Shown: piece after piece, positions 13,001 through 23,598 of the stretch
Numbering within the stretch: the first letter of the stretch is position 1
Layout: the number at the start of each line of letters is the position of its first letter
Assembly: GCA_048213135.1 (NCBI GenBank)
Contig: PS015120.1
Span: forward strand, 1 to 53,612
Length of the DNA: 53,612 bases
Reading direction: 5' to 3'
Source: Reclinomonas americana ATCC 50394
Taxonomy: Eukaryota
Position numbers and translations under genes: made by a program
The notes under the pieces: model-generated
Told to the model about the DNA's origin: nothing
What the model saw: the letters and a program-made list of their open reading frames with translations, nothing else
Database searches by the model: none

Positions 13001-16000
13001 AAGCTGGCAAGTTCGGCAACGATTGGTGCGTGGAATCGCTCGCCTGTCACACACCATGGCCAGGGAAAGTCACTCAACGTACTTGCGCGCAGCTCCGGCT
13101 CTTGCCCGACATGCCTCAACGGCGGCACTTGCAACGGCGGTCGCCAGGGCAACGGTATCTGCTCGTGCACCGGCAACTTCAGCACCGCCAACTGTGGCGA
13201 CTGCAAGCCCAACTTCTTTGGTCCCGAGTGCACTGGCAACTGCGGTGCTTGGTGAGTGCTCACTTGCCGCCGCCACGCTTGCACATAATCACTCACATTT
13301 TACGAAATGCAGCACGGCGGGTGCGTCGTCGGGCTGCGTGCCGGGCATCAACGGCACTGGCTGCACGTGCAACGCAGGTTTTGCTGGACCTCTGTGCCAG
13401 TACTCGGATGCAGTGACTTGGTTACGTCGTTATTCTTGTCTCTCTCTCGCTGCAATGCACGTGCTGCTGTCTTTGTCTTGCTGACGAGATTCATCCTGCA
13501 GCAACGGGCGTGGTGTGGCACAAAACAACGGCTCGTGCGTCTGCAGCGGCAACTATGGTGGAGCCAATTGCAGCAGCTGCGCCACTGGGTTCTTTGGCCC
13601 GAACTGCACTGGTCAGTGCGCCAATTGGTGAGTGTGGAGTGAGTTGCGAGTTATTTTTGGGGTGATGGAGGTGCTGACTCAGGCGATGGACGCAGCGTCG
13701 CGGCCAACACCTCGTCATGCACCAATGGCCCCTCGGGCACTGGCTGCGTGTGCAACATTGGAGCCGCCGGCACCAACTGCCAGTTCACCAACGCCACGAC
13801 TTGCAATGGTCACGGCACAGTAACGTCCACTGGCAGCTGCGTGTGCACCACAAACTTCACCGGCGCCACTTGCAACGCATGTGCCACCGGCCTCTTCGGC
13901 GCGCAGTGCGACGGTTTGTGCTCGGCGTGCAATCCGACTGGCACCGCATCGTGCTCGGCCGGCATCAACGGCACCGGGTGCCAGTGCAAGACCGGTTTCA
14001 CTGGCGACAAGTGCGACAAGTGCGACGGCGACTTTTTCGGTCCCAACTGCGAGAGCGACTGCCCGACCTGCCTCAACGGCGGCGTGTGTGACACCAACTT
14101 GTCCAGCACCGGCAAGTGCATCTGCCCGGCGAACTACGCTGGTGACGTGTGCGACATTTGCGCGCCAGGATTCTACGGTCCAAGCTGCGCTGGCTTGTGC
14201 TCGCAGTGGTGCGTTGGCTTACCATCTTGTGTAATGATTCCATTCCCTCCTTTGCAGTCACTCACCTGCGTGGATGTGTTTCGCAGTGTGTCGGCCAACA
14301 CGGATTCGTGCCAGGGTGGTCTGGCGGGTGTCGGCTGCGTCTGCAAGAACGGCGCTGTGGGTGCCCTCTGCCAGTACACTCGTGCACTGACCTGCTCCGG
14401 CAACGGTATTCCGGTCGCCGACGGCTCATGCGCCTGCGACATTGGCTTCACCGGTGCCGCGTGCAACATGTGCACCGCCAATCGCTCCGGACCCAAGTGT
14501 GTCGACTGCTCCACCTGCAACGCCAGCAACACGCTGGCGTGCAGCCCGGGCATCGCCAACGCCGGCTGCCAGTGCAAGGCCAACTACGGAGGCCCGACAT
14601 GCAGCGACTGCGCGCCGGGTTTCTTTGGCGCCACCTGCACCGGCATCTGCGCCACGTGCACCAACGGTGGCACTTGCAACGGTGGCATCAATGGCAATGG
14701 TCAGTGCAACTGCCCGACCAACCGCGTGGGTCCGACGTGCGCCACTTGCGCCACGAACTTTACCGGTGCCGACTGCCTCTGCAGTAAGACATCGGGCTGG
14801 TCAGTGCCTCGCAATTTTGCGTGTGTCATTTTGGTATCCGCTGTGCAACTCATAGGATGATGATCTTGCAGCACTGGCCTCAACCAGCTCGGCTGCGACC
14901 CGACTGGCACCAACGGGCAGTGCCTGTGCAAGACCAACTACGATCCGACCACCAATTGCACTCGTTGCGTTTTGCGTGCAACCAGGCACACAAGTGGGTT
15001 GTCACTGGGCGGTTGCTCACCTCGCTGTATATGCAGAGTGCGTGTTTGGCTGGACCGGTCCGAACTGCTCGCAGTTGCTGTTGCACCCCAAGCTGCAGCC
15101 ACCGAAGGAGGTGTTTGGTTTCCGCCTCGGCAAGGGTGCGCATGAATTGCTTTCTCTGTCCCTCTCTCTCTCTTCCATCCTCTCTTCTTCTTTTCACACG
15201 TTGCATGTGCGTTTCGCAGTCAACAACTTCCTGCGCAACACTGCCTGCGAGAACACTCAGTTGAAGATTGAGTGCCCGAGCCTCGAGTTCATCCACTTGA
15301 TCGGCGCCGCCTGGCGACCGGCGTGGCCGACGGAGTGCCCGGCTCAGAGCCTCAATTTCAACCACGGTGTGGCCTCCGGCTGCAAGGCCGCCTACGTCAT
15401 CAACGACGTCAGGCCGTACTGCCAGGGCCTGCAAAAGTGCTCCATCACGCTGGCGGATCTGCGTCTGAAGAAGACGTGTCCGGGCGCCGGTGTCGACACT
15501 GGCTACCTGCTCGAGGTCGACTACGTGTGCACGGAGACGCAGAAGGCGTACCAGCCGCGCCCGTCCGGCTTGTCTGGCAAGCGCAGCCATGGTCACGGTC
15601 ACCGCCAGGGACACGGCCACAACAACTACAATGGCGGTCGCGAAAACCACCACCACCACGGACAGCAGCGTGTTAACCAGCACCAGCACCAGCATCAGCA
15701 CCGCCAGCCGATTGTGAACCAACATAATCACAATCAGCATCACCACCATCAGCACAACCGCGTCAACTCGGCCACCAACTACAACCAGCCGATTCGCCAG
15801 TACAACGGTGACTACGATCAGAACGACGCGCCGTACGTGCAGCCTGTGCGCCCGTACAATGCGCCGCGGCCATCGGCCCCGCCGCCACCACCGCCGTACG
15901 GCTACGCGCCGATCAACGGCAACCTGCCGCCACAGCAGCCGTACTACGATGCCCAGCAGCAGTACCCGTACCGTGCGCAGGCCGCGGCACCGTTTGGCTC

Positions 16001-16070
16001 GCAGTACGCCACCGATTACGTCGACTATGCTTCGGCGGCGACGGCACCGGCCAACGACCAGGACAGGTGA
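10097..16070 (+). CDS. Secreted protein: signal peptide + CAP/SCP (PR-1) domain + long EGF/laminin-EGF array + SUEL-type (Gal_lectin) domain + His/Gln/Asn/Pro/Tyr-rich tail
   Basis: Signal MRHVSALSLAVAAVLLLLLVVTVSA; CAP motifs HNTERA, VWDSALEADAAAWA, GEGENLA, CYHYTQMIWASSYRVGC, FLVCRYSPQGNF; dozens of CxCxxGFxGxxC repeats (about 11290-15075); TACENTQLKIECP...VRPYCQGLQKCSI...KTCPG...YLLEVDYVC at about 15220-15535; stop at 16070. Confidence 0.9.
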
Positions 16071-16500
16071 CTATTTGTTGTGTGTATGTGTGTGTGCATG
16101 TGTGCCTCTTTCTCTCGCCATTGCTGCTGTGTACTGATGCAATGTGGGGTGTTGCAGTTTTGATTACTGGCAAGGACAATACGATGACCAGGCATCCTAT
16201 GGTGGAGCCGCCGACTATCAGCAGCAGCCGACAGGCGCTGCATACGGCAGCGACGACTACGATGCATGGGCGCCTGCCGCCGGCAACAATTATTACCCGT
16301 AATGTGTGGGATGGAAAAAAGATAACGACAACAAGATCTGAATGTCTCTTTCATGTTTGTGTGTGTTTTGTGTGCGTGTTCTCTGCGTCTCCATGTATGT
16401 TGCGTGTCACTATTGCCTCTATTTTCCCTCTCGAACGCGAGCGAGCACCCATGTTGTGAAACATTGAAAAACCGAATGCGCGTGCTGTGAAAAACTACAT

Positions 16501-19500
16501 TCACTCGCTCTCCTGTGATGAGATGTGCCGATGGGCACTCTCCGGCCGTCCTTGATCGCCAACACTGGGGTCCTCGCCGGACGAGAGGCATACATGAGCA
16601 CCGAGCACACTCTCCATGTGCTTCTCCTTGGCGGCAGACAGAGCGGCGAGCGACTGCAGCTCCGTCCACTGCGACGAATTCAGCGTGGAGGCGATGGACC
16701 GATGGCTCCGCTTGAAGGCCGAGGTGGCCGTGAGTCGCTCCACCGCTCGCGGACGTGCCGGCGTACGCTGCGAGTATCTCTCGTCCACTTCGTCCTCCTC
16801 CTCTTCTTCATCTTCTTCTGGCCCTTCATCGTCGTCGCCATCATCATCATCGCCGCACTTGCAGTCGACCGCGCCCTTGGTCGGTGTGGCGGGGCGCAGG
16901 GAACGAGGGAGTCGATTCATGGCCGACTGTGCGCAGTACAAGCTTGGCGTGACTGAACTCTCGCCGCTGCCCTCGTACGGCGACGCCATGACAGCGAGTG
17001 AGGCCGACAGCGGTTGTGCACAGTCCACGTCTGTGTGGCGACAACACGGCGTCAGGCACGGCGCACCAGCAGACAAGAAACAACAACGATGCATCGCACC
17101 ATCCTCGTCGCTGCTGCCGTCACCGGCGGTGGTTTCAATGGATCCCGTAGGTGCTTGCCGACGCGGTCGACGAAGCTCCACATCGTCGTCATTGTCGTCG
17201 TCACCACTGCCGTTTGCGTCCGAGGCGGCTACGGCCTGTTCCTGCACTCGATCTTCTGGTGTCGGGTCGACAACTGCTCCGCCGAGCGACGCGTCGAGCT
17301 GAGTGGGAGGAACGATGGATGGCACGGGGGCCATCCGCGGACGCTACAAAAGACAGCATGAGAGATCAAGCTCACATTATTGTGCGACACACAAAGAGGG
17401 CCACGTACCACAATCACCAACGTCTGCGACACAGCATCGAGCCACTCATCTCCAAGAGAGGGAGGCCGGCGGCACACTTTCTTCTGCGTCGGCTGACCGT
17501 TGCCCCCGGTGCCGATGCTGCATTGCACCTCGTCCTCGTCGTCGTCGTCTTCGTCGTCGTCTGCACACATGTCACCGTCCTCGCCGTGACCGTCGCCTGT
17601 CATCTCATCTGCACATGGTGACAAAAGTGTCATGCAAGGAGAAGCGACACGAAGCCGGATTGCTACAAGGCTACGCACCTGCGGGTCGCTTCCCGAGTAC
17701 CGGTGACGGAGCCACGGTCGACAACATTTGTGTGCCTGAAGTGGAACTCGATTCCTCGCCCTCATCGCCGTCCTCGCCCACTCCTCCTGCCTCTCCCTCT
17801 CCCTCTTCCTCTTCCTCCTCCAGCTCCTCTTCATCGTCTTGGTACAGGGCGTCGTCGTCGTGCAGCCCCTCCACTTCGGCCATGCTTCCCTTCTCCTCGT
17901 GCTCCTCATCGGCGCGGAAACCGTTGCTGTCCACGAGGGGTATGGGTTGACACGGCAGCGGTGCGGCGGCTGCGTGCTGGACTGTTTACATGAATATACC
18001 TCACGCGAGGCAGGCGCAGCGTGGTAACGTACCTGGGGTGGGTGGCGTGGGCTCCGTGGTAACCGTGTCCTCGGCGGGTGTCGCCATCTCCTCATCCTCC
18101 TCGTCCTCCTCCTCCGGTTCCTGCTTCGGGCTCGACACCGCAGAGCCGCTCGAGGCACGCCTGTGAGGGGGAGGTGGTCTGGTAGAAAGTCAGCTCGGCG
18201 AGTGAAACATGAGCAAGGGCGAGTAACAAAAGCATCACGCAACGGTACATCGCCGGGCGACAGAGGGCGTGCGGCCTTGGGAGCCAATGACTTGTGTTCG
18301 TGGCACCACACACGGCACTTGCTCTTGTCCATCAGCAGATGCGCGGCGCGTGCGCACGGCGCGTGAAAGGATCGACGACACTTTTTCACATCGCACCCGA
18401 CCGTCGCTCCTCGGTTGCGACACACGCTACAATTCTGCACAGCGCAAAAGAAAAATGAGCTGCTGCTTAAGGGGAAGAATGGCGCACGGACACGGCGGGT
18501 GACGCACCAAGCGCTTCGATCGGCTAATGGCGGCCTCCAGGTTGACCACACGGTTATTCTTCACGAACACTTCGCTGCTCCAAAACGCACACTCCTCGTG
18601 CACAAACACCTCCGACCCGTCGCCCAGCTCCACGGCACAGTCCGTGTTGCCGTTGCACAGCACGCACGGACCGTCCGCCTCTTCGCTGTCGGCCTGCATA
18701 TCCTCATATTCTGAATCCGAGTCCTCTTCCTCCTCTTCCTCAACCTTCTTGGACTTTTTCGTCTTGGTCTGCGACCGACGGGTCTTTGTTGCCACGCGGC
18801 GCCTTGTTTTCTCGACGACGACATCCTCCTCTTCCTCCTCCGACTCGTTCTCTTCCTCCTGTTCGTCCTCGTCGTTGCCTCTCACTGCACAAAGACCCGC
18901 AAAAGAAGAAGTGAGCGAAACACAGAGGCTACACACGCGCCACCTTCCGCGGCAACGCAACGCTGTCGGCGCTTGATGTTGGCCATGGAAATGTCGCGAA
19001 CAATGGCATTGCGCTGATTGAGCAGCCGCTGCGGTCAGAGGAGACGCTGAGATGAGAAAGTCGGGGATGCTCTCATGGCCATCCATGCACGCACGCACCA
19101 GCAACTCCCTGGCCGGCGACGGCAGTTGCTCGGCGCGAGTGCTCCCCCCGGCGGCAGCGGTCTTTTTCGGCGTCGACACCGGCGTCGATGCGGGTGTCGA
19201 CGAGGCCGACGGAGCTGCGGAGGACGCCTGTGACGACGAGGCCGACGAGCATCGCGGTCGCACCAGCGGCGACTCCTCCCACTGCCGATGCATGCTGGCC
19301 ACGCGAGACTGCAACACTCGGTGCACCTGAGGAGGCGAGTGTTGAGCAAGAGACACCCACACGAAAGAGCGTGTGGGTGTGCGCGGAGACAAGACCTTGG
19401 AGGAGGACTGGCGTGAGGAGAGGCGTGGCACAGGGTCGCACACCCGCTGATCAAAGGTGCCATCCTGCACGTGAAACATGGGAGTGCCGCTTTGCTCATC

Positions 19501-19746
19501 CAGCTGCACTTCGACCTCGTGCATGGTGCCACACACACGCACAGAGGCCTTGAACCCCACGCGGTAGAGGAAGCACTCCTCCTCGGAGCTCTGTTGTTGT
19601 GTGCGGAGAATCTGAGAGGCAAGAGAGAGAGACAACTGCACTCACTCCCACACACGCACGTTTTTCAGCACGGCCCACCGCAGAGGGTTCTCGGCGGGGT
19701 GCATCCACGCCTCGCCGGAGCAGTGCACAACAGTGTCGTCAATCAT
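16501..19746 (-). CDS. Chromatin protein with N-terminal FYRN-like domain, extended PHD finger (zf-HC5HC2H) and acidic low-complexity regions
   Basis: CVLC...VHEECAFWSSEVF...VVNLEAAISRSKRL|NCSVCRNRGATVGCDVKKCRRSFHAPCA...VWCHEH (about 18300-18670) is a clear ePHD; CFLYRVGFKASV...HEVEVQLDEQSGTPMFHV (about 19470-19580) resembles FYRN. Gene ends are approximate. Confidence 0.72.
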
Positions 19747-20305
19747 CCCGCGCGCGCGCGCTCCAAGGCAGCGGAAAAAGGGGGGTTTGCAGAAAAAGTG
19801 CGCGAAAATAAGAGGCGGCAAAACGCGAGTTTCGCGATTGTCCTTTCAATATCGGCGAATGATATAGCCAGGGTGGTGGTTGTGCATGCACCGCGTCTCC
19901 GCTGTCTCTCCATTCTTGCCATGGGGGAAAAGTTTGCACATTCATTCGCGATTGAAATGGAATTAATATACGGTCGCGTGCATTCTGAGCTGCAAGCCAC
20001 CGCGGCGTGTCGATGTGCTGATGTATGGAGTTAGTGTGTACTACGTGTTTATTATGATTTCCATTAATTCTTGCATGCGCATGTGTGCGAAACAAGAGTA
20101 CACGAGTGGTCATGAATTTGAAACAGACTGTGCTGCGCATGCAGTGGCCGCATGCACAGCACTCTGCGTGCATCACTGCGCTGCAGTGACGTCAACACTG
20201 CACGCCCTATTTGCCAAACTGAGTTACATGGCGACCTACACCTGCATCAGTCCGTTTCCACACACATAACTCCGCATGTATTGGTCTCTCTTTTTCTTGC
20301 ACCCC

Positions 20306-21194
20306 ATGAGCACGCACGGACAACCCCCGGCTTACGGCGGCGCGTATCCCACACCAGCGGGGCCTCCACCTCAGTACGGGTACCCTCCTCCACCCGGACC
20401 CGCACCACAGTACGGCGCCTACCCACCGCCTCAATACGTATACGGCGGCGCCTACCCGCCTCCGCCTCCTGCTGGCCAGTTCGCGCCCGCCGGCGCGTAC
20501 GAGATGCAACCCATGGCCACTCACGAAAAGGCCGTCATGTATCACGGCGAGTCGTCGTCGACTGCACCGGGCCCACGCACCACCTTCAAGATGGACGGGT
20601 CGGGCAGGGGTGGCGGAGGGATTGCACGCCCGGCCTCCACCGCCACGCGACTCATCATTGACCTGTTTCCGCGCTCGTGCTGGTGCGGCGAGGAGGCGTA
20701 TGGCATGTCGGAGGAGGACGCCAGCACAGTGCCGCCGCCACTCGCGCAGCGTGGCGTGACGCAGGAGGAGTGGACACGACACATGGGCCACTTTCGCGAC
20801 GATCTGCGCCGCGACAATGTGTCATGCTGCTGCCACTTGTGGTGCTGGATCGGCGGCCTCTCCAGCATGATTGGCCTGCCCTTCGTGTGCTGCCTCGGCC
20901 TCAAGCAACAGCGCAACGCCAAGGCCAACATTGTCGCCTTCAACGCCGAAGTGCTCGAGCCGCGCGGCATGTACGCCAAGACGCAACGTTGCGATCTGGA
21001 CGAGCAGTATGGCGACTATCACAAGCACGAGGATGTGTCGTGGCTGGCCATTGCTTTGACGCCCTGCGGCACTCCAGCAGGAGGAGCACATGTATTGCAC
21101 GAACTCGTGCTCCAAGACCATGACCGCCAAGACCGAGTGCTGCTGCTACTGCTCATGCTGCAACTGGTGCTACTGCACGGAGGATGTGGTGTGA
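20306..21194 (+). pseudogene. Erf4/Golgin-A7-like Cys-rich membrane-associated protein with Pro/Tyr-rich N-terminus; frameshifted near 21064
   Basis: PPPQYG repeats, then [21 protein letters not shown]...CCCHLWCW(hydrophobic)...[17 protein letters not shown]...SWLAIALTP. Alignment to the paralog at 22439-22601 shows an 8-nt deletion; the repaired frame ends ...[20 protein letters not shown] (TGA 21192-21194). Could be an assembly error rather than a true pseudogene. Confidence 0.55.
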
Positions 21195-21259
21195 GTGGGC
21201 AGCGAGGAGTGAATGAAACCGACGAAAGGTCCGACCTCCGAGTTTTTTTGTTTTTCATT

Positions 21260-21403
21260 ATGAGCGGTGAGCACGCCCCCGCAGCAGCAGCGCCAGCCAA
21301 GAAGATGTGCTGTGCGTGCCCTGAGACGAAGAAGGTGCGCGACGCGTGCATTGTGGAGAAGGGCGAGGATCGATGCAAGGATCTCGTGGAGGCGCATCTT
21401 GTG
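21260..21403 (+). CDS. COX17: Cytochrome c oxidase copper chaperone, exon 1
   Basis: [48 protein letters not shown] has the CCxC copper motif and twin CX9C pattern; donor GTGCGT at 21404. Confidence 0.95.
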
Positions 21404-22055
21404 GTGCGTGCATGTCTGCGCATGTGTGGATGCAGGTGTGATGCTCATCACATGTGTGTGTNNNNNNNNNNNNNNNNNNNNNNNNNNNNNNNNNNGTACG
21501 TGCCACCGTAGGTAGTGTCAAAGGCGCCGTGCGTGCTCATTGTGTAGCAAAGTGTTGTGATGCTGATGAGTCAGTCGGTTTGATATCGATCCTGTCTGTG
21601 CGAGCTTGTGATACCGCACTGTGTAGACGACGCTCTGCATTCCTCGTACGTGCGTACTGACGGTCCATGCATGATCACAGCTGCAGGCGGCCTTTCTACA
21701 AGTGCATGCAAGGATTGGAGTGTTAATTGTTCGACCAGTATATTGTGTTTGAAGCCTCTGGCCACGGGCCTCCACGACATCGACCAGTGAGAGTGTTGGC
21801 GAGCAAAGGCAGCGTCCTCCAGTGCGCGAATGCGTATCGGCACTCTGGGGTGCAGCTGATCGTCCAGTGCTGCGATGCGTGCACCTGTTCACGCTCCAGC
21901 ACACCAACTCGCAGCCGTTGTGAAGAAGAGATGCACCACTGTACCATGCAACGAGAGCATTGCTCGTGAAGGCAACACCACAGCCCTCTCTCTTCACTGA
22001 ACTCGACGACAAGGCTCACACTCTATCACGGACTCTCTCTCACACTCGCGCTCCA

Positions 22056-22085
22056 TCACACCTTGAACCCTTCAGCACGCAGACA
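22056..22085 (-). CDS. COX17: COX17 last exon on an apparently inverted contig
   Basis: Minus strand reads gcgcag|TGT CTG CGT GCT GAA GGG TTC AAG GTG TGA = CLRAEGFKV*, the conserved COX17 C-terminus, phase-compatible with exon 1. Confidence 0.88.
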   Translation of the reverse strand, partial: CLRAEGFKV

Positions 22086-22438
22086 CTGCGCNNNNNNNNN
22101 NNNNNNNNNNNNNNNNNNNNNNNNNNNNNNNNNNNNNNNNNNNNNNNNNNNNNNNNNNNNNNNNNNNNNNNNNNNNNNNNNNNNNNNNNNNNNNNNNNNN
22201 NNNNNNNNNNNNNNNNNNNNNNNNNNNNNNNNNNNNNNNNNNNNNNNNNNNNNNNNNNNNNNNNNNNNNNNNNNNNNNNNNNNNNNNNNNNNNNNNNNNN
22301 NNNNNNNNNNNNNNNNNNNNNNNNNNNNNNNNNNNNNNNNNNNNNNNNNNNNNNNNNNNNNNNNNNNNNNNNNNNNNNNNNNNNNNNNNNNNNNNNNNNN
22401 NNNNNNNNNNNNNNNNNNNNNNNNNNNNNNNNNNNNNN

Positions 22439-22601
22439 GTGGCTGGCCATTGCGTTGACGCCCGACGAGTCTGCCTCGCTCGAGCTGGAGGAACACCTCT
22501 TCTGCACGGGCTCCTGCTCCAAGACCATGACTGCCAAGACCGAGTGCTGCTGCCACTGCTCCTGCTGCAATCGCTGTTACGGCACAGAGTGCGTAGTGTG
22601 A
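22439..22601 (+). CDS. 3' end of a second Erf4-like Cys-rich paralog (5' part in gap)
   Basis: [53 protein letters not shown] is collinear with 21040-21194. Confidence 0.8.
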
Positions 22602-22739
22602 AACAATGAAGAGGAATGATCCACAGCTGCGATGATTGGTCCATGATCCTCGTGTTGGCGATGCTTCTCCATTTCGCCATCTAAGGCCTGGCCTTCCTTT
22701 CTCCTCTCCCCCTCCCTCATCCTCATCGACCAACCATCA

Positions 22740-23566
22740 TCACTTCATGTATCCTGCATCGTGTTGCGACAGTGAAGCATCGGTGGCGAACGGCGCCTTG
22801 TGCGAGGCCGGCACTCGCGCCGCGGACGACACACTCAGCGCGCGAGTCTTCTGCACGGCCTCGTAGTTGGCCATTGACGAGCGACGGCCATCGGCGGCCG
22901 CCGACACCTGCCCTGTGAGAATATTGTACGACGACTCGAGGCGCGATGGACGCTGTGGGGAGCGATCGTCGGATCGCCGGGCCTTGGAGACACCGGGCAC
23001 ATACGACTCGTACACCGGCATCATGTGCGTCGGCACCGGGCGATCACCGCCCGTCACCGGATTGAATCGCGGGGCTGGTGGCTTGTACGTCGGCTGCTGC
23101 GTGGCTCGTCTCTGCAGCACCTCTGGACTGGCGTGCGTGGTCTGTGGCGCACCAGCGTGATGAGCAGCAGCAGCAGCACTACCTCCACCCAGTCAAAAGC
23201 AGGAGCGATCAACGCACAGCCGAGGTCGTCTCCAATCGCGTCTGTGCATCGTACTCAATGTGCAAGTTGGATTGCGTGCCGCGACCCTTGGTGTGCACTC
23301 GCGTCGCTCCACCGCCCACCAGCCTGCTGGCATTGAACCTACACACACACAGGGCATGAGGTCACCGCCCTCTCTCACTCTCACATACACATGATTGATT
23401 GAGATAACTGCTCTGCAGCCTCGCTCTTGCCCGACAAGGTGGCGGCCTTGGTGGGACTGAAGACCACCTGCGACGCATTGCGGACGGGCGGTCGTGGTCT
23501 CTCGTACTTGGCAGTGGCCGCCAGGCGACTGCGCTGAGGTGGTTCGGGGAGGCCGTCGTCGTCCAT
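22740..23566 (-). CDS. Hypothetical basic low-complexity protein, possibly microtubule/cilium-associated
   Basis: Spliceable exons from MDDDGLPEPP...; last exon has FNPVTG, SSYNILTG and APFATD short motifs; stop at 22740. Confidence 0.5.
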
Positions 23567-23598
23567 CGCTCACTCAAAATAAACAACGGCCAACTTTT

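Noticed and set aside
11426-13255. 609-aa ORF and other long overlapping or antisense ORFs across the window
   Set aside because: These drift through introns and shadow frames of GC-rich spliced genes; only parts match the true exon frame.
21497-21970. Possible exons in the inverted contig beyond the COX17 exon
   Set aside because: Splice-like signals are present but no coherent protein could be assembled.
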